Source: Candidatus Eiseniibacteriota bacterium
Lineage (GTDB): Bacteria > Eisenbacteria > RBG-16-71-46 > JABDJR01
DNA: 64,000 nucleotides
Assembly (NCBI GenBank): GCA_963783375.1
Contig: CAWANH010000028.1
Coordinates: forward strand, 992,001-1,056,000
Direction: 5' to 3'
Shown here: positions 59,702 to 64,000 of the stretch, piece after piece
Numbering within the stretch: the first letter of the stretch is position 1
How the letters are laid out: each line of letters opens with the position of its first letter
Made by a program: the position numbers and the translations under genes
Notes under the pieces: model-generated
What the model saw: only the letters and a program-made list of their open reading frames with translations
Databases searched by the model: none
What the model was told of the DNA's origin: nothing

Positions 59702-60940
59702 ATGACCACTCCCCGCGCGCCCGGCCGGCGCCGAGCTTCGCACCACCAGAACCTGCTCCGAGGCCTCGGCGCGGCGGCCCTCGCCCTGGCCGTGTGGCTC
59801 ACGGTGAGCGGGGCGGGATGCGCCAGCTCGGGGAGCGGATCCGGCCCCGGGATCGACCGGGACCACCCCGATCAGTCCGAAGCCCGGTACCGCCAGGCCC
59901 TGGCCCGAAATCCCAACGACGCCGGAGCCCACCTGGGGCTGGCCCGCGCCCTGGCCGAGGAGGGGCGGATCGACGAGGCCGCGGTGCAGTTCCAGCGGGC
60001 GGAGACCCTGGATGCCCGGCTGGCCGGCGACGTGGCGGACTCGCGTCGCCACTACGCCCGCGCCTACCTCGATGAGGCGGAGAGCGATCTCGACCAGGGG
60101 CGCGAGGAGGAGGCGGGGATCGCGCTCCATCGCGCCCGGAGCCTGGCCCCCGAGGATCCCCGGGTGCCCGCGCTGGAAGGGCGACTCTCGGAGAAACAGA
60201 ACGACGTGGAGTCCGCGCTCACCGCCTACCGCCAAGCCTGGGCCGGCGGCCTCCACGACGACGCCACCCGGGACGGGCTGGTGAACGCCCTCACCGCGAC
60301 CGCCCAGGGGGAGTACGATCACGGGGACTTCCCGGGCGCATGGAAGCTTCTCCAGGAAGTCCTCCGGGTGGACCCTCACGCCAACGTCCAGGACCTCGAG
60401 GGAACGGTGGCCTACGCCTGGGCCCAGAACAGCCCCGAGGGCGAGCGGGCGGGGCATCTGGACGATGCCGCCCGCGCCTTTCGCGCCTACCTGGACCGGA
60501 ACCCGAACGATCGTGACGCGAAGTTCAACCTGGCCACGGTATACCTCGCCTCCCAGCGGTATCGCGAGGCGGCCGATCTCTACCAGGACCTGATCGCCCA
60601 CGACCGGACCGACGGCGACCTCTATCTGGCCTTGGCCCGGGTTCACGGGTTCCTGGGGCAGAGCGGGCTGTCCCAGACCGAGGAGGCGGTGGGGCGGTCG
60701 CTCCGGGCCGGCCAGCCGGTGGACGACCCGGCGGGATGGGCCCGGCGCTCCGCCGAGCGATTCCCGAATTCCGATCTCGCGGCGGTCTTCTACGATCTCT
60801 TGACCCCGGAAGCGGTCTATACCTACACCCTTCCCGGCGGGGGCCTGGTCGAGGTCTGGTTCTACTGGAAGAAGGGGGTGGCGGAGGCGTTCAGGGACGG
60901 GGGGCGGATCGGGCCCGCGCTCCAGCTCCCGCGCCCCTGA
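59702..60940 (+). CDS. Tetratricopeptide-repeat lipoprotein
   Basis: Lipobox GAGC; TPR-like ALARNPNDAGAHLGLA and NPNDRDAKFNLA; TTGACA-N17-AAGAAT just upstream. Confidence 0.82.
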   Translation: MTTPRAPGRRRASHHQNLLRGLGAAALALAVWLTVSGAGCASSGSGSGPGIDRDHPDQSEARYRQALARNPNDAGAHLGLARALAEEGRIDEAAVQFQRAETLDARLAGDVADSRRHYARAYLDEAESDLDQGREEEAGIALHRARSLAPEDPRVPALEGRLSEKQNDVESALTAYRQAWAGGLHDDATRDGLVNALTATAQGEYDHGDFPGAWKLLQEVLRVDPHANVQDLEGTVAYAWAQNSPEGERAGHLDDAARAFRAYLDRNPNDRDAKFNLATVYLASQRYREAADLYQDLIAHDRTDGDLYLALARVHGFLGQSGLSQTEEAVGRSLRAGQPVDDPAGWARRSAERFPNSDLAAVFYDLLTPEAVYTYTLPGGGLVEVWFYWKKGVAEAFRDGGRIGPALQLPRP

Positions 60941-61022
60941 GGGCCGGCTCCGAGGCCCGGAACCGGTCCCTGGAGGTCCCCGGGGGACTTCGGAGACGAC
61001 TTCCCCGGCCATCCGACCGCCG

Positions 61023-61052
61023 TTGACACGCGTTTTCCCGGGGAGCTAGAAT
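61023..61052 (+). promoter_or_regulatory. sigma70 promoter of rho
   Basis: TTGACA-N18-TAGAAT. Confidence 0.75.
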
Positions 61053-61231
61053 CGAAGGGTTCCGGCAGTGATGCCATTCTCCCGGTAACCCTTCTGCCCG
61101 GCCCAAGCCCCGGATCACTCAAGCCGGGATCCATTTCCAACCCGACCCGACCCGAGCCGACTTCCTCAGTCCGAGCGCGAAAGATCCCAAGTCTCGCGTG
61201 GACGACAGGCCACCGGTCCTCCGATCAAGGA

Positions 61232-62512
61232 GTGTCTCCCGTGTCAACATCAGAAGTGAGCCCCATGGACCTGGCTCAGATGAAGTCCAAGACGGTTCAT
61301 GAGCTTCAGGAGATCGCCCAGGAGCTGAACCTCGGGTCGACTTCGAACATGCGGAAGCAGGAGCTGATCTTCCGCATCCTCGAGGCGCAAACGGAGAAGA
61401 GCGGGCTGATCTTTTCGGAGGGCGTGCTGGAAATATTGCCCGAGGGGTACGGTTTTCTCCGGTCCACCGACTACAGCTACCTCCCGGGTCCCGACGACAT
61501 CTATGTCTCGCCGTCCCAGATCAAGCGATTCGACCTGCAGACCGGGGACACGGTGTCCGGGCAGGTGCGCCCCCCCAAGGAGGGCGAGCGTTACTTCGCG
61601 CTTCTCCGCGTCGAGGCGGTGAACGGCGAGGCGCCCGAAGTGGCCAAGGTCAAGGTCCACTTCGACAACCTCACCCCGCTCTATCCGGACAAGCGGGTGG
61701 AGATGGAGCACGATCCGGACGACATGTGCACGCGGATCATGGATCTGTTGACCCCGATCGGATTCGGCCAGCGTGGTCTGATCGTCTCGCCCCCCCGGGC
61801 GGGGAAAACGGTGCTCCTGCAGCGGATCGCCAACGCCATCACCGCCAACCATCCCGACGCCACCCTGATCGTGCTCCTCATCGACGAGCGCCCCGAAGAA
61901 GTGACGGACATGTCGCGATCGGTGAAGGGGGAGGTGGTGTCCTCCACCTTCGACGAGCCGGCGGAGCGTCACGTCCAGGTGGCGGACATGGTGATCGAGA
62001 AGGCGAAACGGCTGGTCGAGCACCACAAGGACGTGGTGATCCTCCTGGACTCCATCACGCGACTGGCCCGGGCCCACAACACGGTGATTCCGCACTCGGG
62101 AAAGATCCTTTCCGGCGGCGTGGACGCCAACGCGTTGCAGCGGCCCAAGCGCTTCTTCGGGGCGGCCCGAAACGTGGAGGAGGGAGGGTCGCTCACCATC
62201 ATCGCCACCGCCCTGGTGGAGACCGGGAGCCGGATGGACGAGGTCATTTTCGAGGAGTTCAAGGGTACCGGGAACATGGAACTGATCCTGGACCGGAAGA
62301 TCGCCGACCGGCGGATCTTCCCGGCCATCGACATCAACCGGAGCGGGACGCGGAAGGAAGAACTGCTCCTGGACCAGAGCATCCTCAACAAGGTCTGGAT
62401 CCTCCGCAAATTCCTGAACGAGCAGACCTCGGTCGAGGCCATCGAGTTCCTCATCAACCAGATGGGCAAGACCAAGAACAACAAGGCTTTCCTGGAGATG
62501 ATGAACGCCTGA
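61232..62512 (+). CDS. rho: Transcription termination factor Rho (start 61232 or 61265)
   Basis: [54 protein letters not shown]. Confidence 0.98.
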   Translation: MSPVSTSEVSPMDLAQMKSKTVHELQEIAQELNLGSTSNMRKQELIFRILEAQTEKSGLIFSEGVLEILPEGYGFLRSTDYSYLPGPDDIYVSPSQIKRFDLQTGDTVSGQVRPPKEGERYFALLRVEAVNGEAPEVAKVKVHFDNLTPLYPDKRVEMEHDPDDMCTRIMDLLTPIGFGQRGLIVSPPRAGKTVLLQRIANAITANHPDATLIVLLIDERPEEVTDMSRSVKGEVVSSTFDEPAERHVQVADMVIEKAKRLVEHHKDVVILLDSITRLARAHNTVIPHSGKILSGGVDANALQRPKRFFGAARNVEEGGSLTIIATALVETGSRMDEVIFEEFKGTGNMELILDRKIADRRIFPAIDINRSGTRKEELLLDQSILNKVWILRKFLNEQTSVEAIEFLINQMGKTKNNKAFLEMMNA

Positions 62513-62752
62513 GCCGGGGCGATGCCGGCCTAAACGACTGCCCGGCAATAAGTTGATAAATCGGGAGGCGCGGGCGGCCGGGCCGGGGGAGCGGTCCGCT
62601 TGGAAACGCCCCCCTTATTTGATATGCTCTTTCGCTCCGCCTTCATCGGCGGAACCGACCTTTGATCGAACGGATTCTCCCGACGGACCCGCCCGAGGGA
62701 TGATCCACGTCCGGGCCGCCGGGACCGTCCGACCGGCCCATCGAGGAATCCC

Positions 62753-63109
62753 ATGAAGACCGACATTCATCCCGAGTACAAGGAAGTGACCGTGGCCTGC
62801 GTGTGCGGGAACACCTTCAAGACCCGCTCCACCATGGGCAAGGATTTCCACGTGGAAATCTGCTCGGCCTGCCACCCGTTCTTTACCGGGAAGCAGAAGC
62901 TGGTGGATACCGCGGGCCGGGTGGACCGCTTCCGCCGGAAGTACGGCACCGACTACAACAAGGCGGCCAAGGCCAAGGCGGAGGCCCCGGCCCCGGAGGC
63001 CGCCAAGGCTCCGGTCGCGGAGGCCGCCAAGGCCCCGGTCGCGGAGGAGACGAAGCCCCAGGCGGCCGAGCCCGAGACGCCCGCCGCTCAGGACAACGCC
63101 GCTTCCTAG
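62753..63109 (+). CDS. rpmE: 50S ribosomal protein L31 (Zn-binding type) with Ala/Glu/Pro/Lys tail
   Basis: [29 protein letters not shown]. Confidence 0.96.
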   Translation: MKTDIHPEYKEVTVACVCGNTFKTRSTMGKDFHVEICSACHPFFTGKQKLVDTAGRVDRFRRKYGTDYNKAAKAKAEAPAPEAAKAPVAEAAKAPVAEETKPQAAEPETPAAQDNAAS

Positions 63110-63225
63110 CTCGACATCGACCGGCCCTCGCCGACCGGCGCCGGCCGGGCGAGGGCCTTGTCGTATCCTGATCACCGTATCCTGAACATCACGTCCGAAG
63201 CGTCCTCTCCGAAACCGGGTGAGCC

Positions 63226-64000
63226 ATGACGTTCAAACAGCGCTTCCTCCTCATGAACAAGATCCTCCTGTCCCGCTACGCCCCGGTGGGCGGGCAGGCG
63301 GTGATCGAAGGGGTCATGATGCGGTCGCCGCGCATGGTGGCCACCGCGGTCCAGCGGGCCACGGGGGAAATCGCGCTCCAGATCGAGCCCTTCAGCTCGG
63401 TGACCAAGCGTTCGTTCTGGCTGGGGATCCCGGTGGTGCGGGGGATGGTGGGCCTGGTCGAGACCCTGGCTCTGGGGATGAAGTCCCTCTCCTTCAGCGC
63501 AGCCGAGGCCGCCCGCGAGGAGGCGGAAACGGAGGGGGTCGAGCGCCCCGAGAAGACCGAGGGTATCTCCAACTGGGTCATGGGTCTCACCATGGCCTTC
63601 TCGTTCGCGGTGGGAATCCTCTTCTTCTTCTATCTTCCCCTGAAGCTCACCGAACTCACCGGGATCGAGGGCCGGGTGGGCTTCAACCTGGTGGACGGCG
63701 CGTTCCGCCTCACCTTCTTCATCCTCTACATCTGGGGAATCAGCCTGTGGGGGGAGATGCGGCGGATGTTCGAGTACCACGGCGCCGAGCACAAGGTGAT
63801 CCATACCTTCGAGGCCGGGCTCCCGATCACCGCGGAGAACGCCAAGCCCTTCACCACCCTGCATCCTCGCTGCGGCACCTCGTTCCTCTTCAGCATCATG
63901 ATCCTCTCGATCGTGGTCTTCACCTTCTTCGGACGGCCGCACACCCTCGGGGAGCGGCTCCTGCGTTTCGCCGGGGTCCCCTTCATCGCCGGTCTCGGCT
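63226..64000 (+). CDS. DUF1385 membrane protein (runs off window)
   Basis: GGQAVIEGVMMR, YHGAEHK, HPRCGTSF; typical position after rpmE. Confidence 0.9.
   Translation, partial: MTFKQRFLLMNKILLSRYAPVGGQAVIEGVMMRSPRMVATAVQRATGEIALQIEPFSSVTKRSFWLGIPVVRGMVGLVETLALGMKSLSFSAAEAAREEAETEGVERPEKTEGISNWVMGLTMAFSFAVGILFFFYLPLKLTELTGIEGRVGFNLVDGAFRLTFFILYIWGISLWGEMRRMFEYHGAEHKVIHTFEAGLPITAENAKPFTTLHPRCGTSFLFSIMILSIVVFTFFGRPHTLGERLLRFAGVPFIAGLG

Overview
GC-rich bacterial chromosomal window with about 55 genes and no recognisable rRNA, tRNA, CRISPR array or transposase/integrase. A C-terminal FlgD-Ig/T9SS-like sorting domain on the M6 protease, an outer-membrane porin and lipid A-modification genes suggest a diderm, probably an FCB-group candidate phylum such as Eisenbacteria, Krumholzibacteriota or Latescibacterota (inference). 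Housekeeping content includes an ArnC/LAB_N/ArnT-like operon, serB, gpmI, pdxR-like/pdxS/pdxT, galE, priA, rho, rpmE and DUF1385. Most notable: (1) an iron locus, fur-feoB-8-Cys miniprotein-DtxR/FeoA hybrid, followed by porin-FMN-binding protein-His-containing membrane protein-ApbE, with two copies of one 19-bp palindromic operator; (2) a B12-radical SAM enzyme paired with a predicted lipoprotein carrying a C-x6-CDPPPPP motif; (3) four sigma54-type promoters, two of which point at ORF-free, highly structured RNAs (about 55263-55515 minus, about 59418-59548 plus), plus a multi-hairpin region at 4856-5190. At least five single-base frameshifts look like long-read consensus errors. All protein calls come from motif recognition by eye, not database searches.
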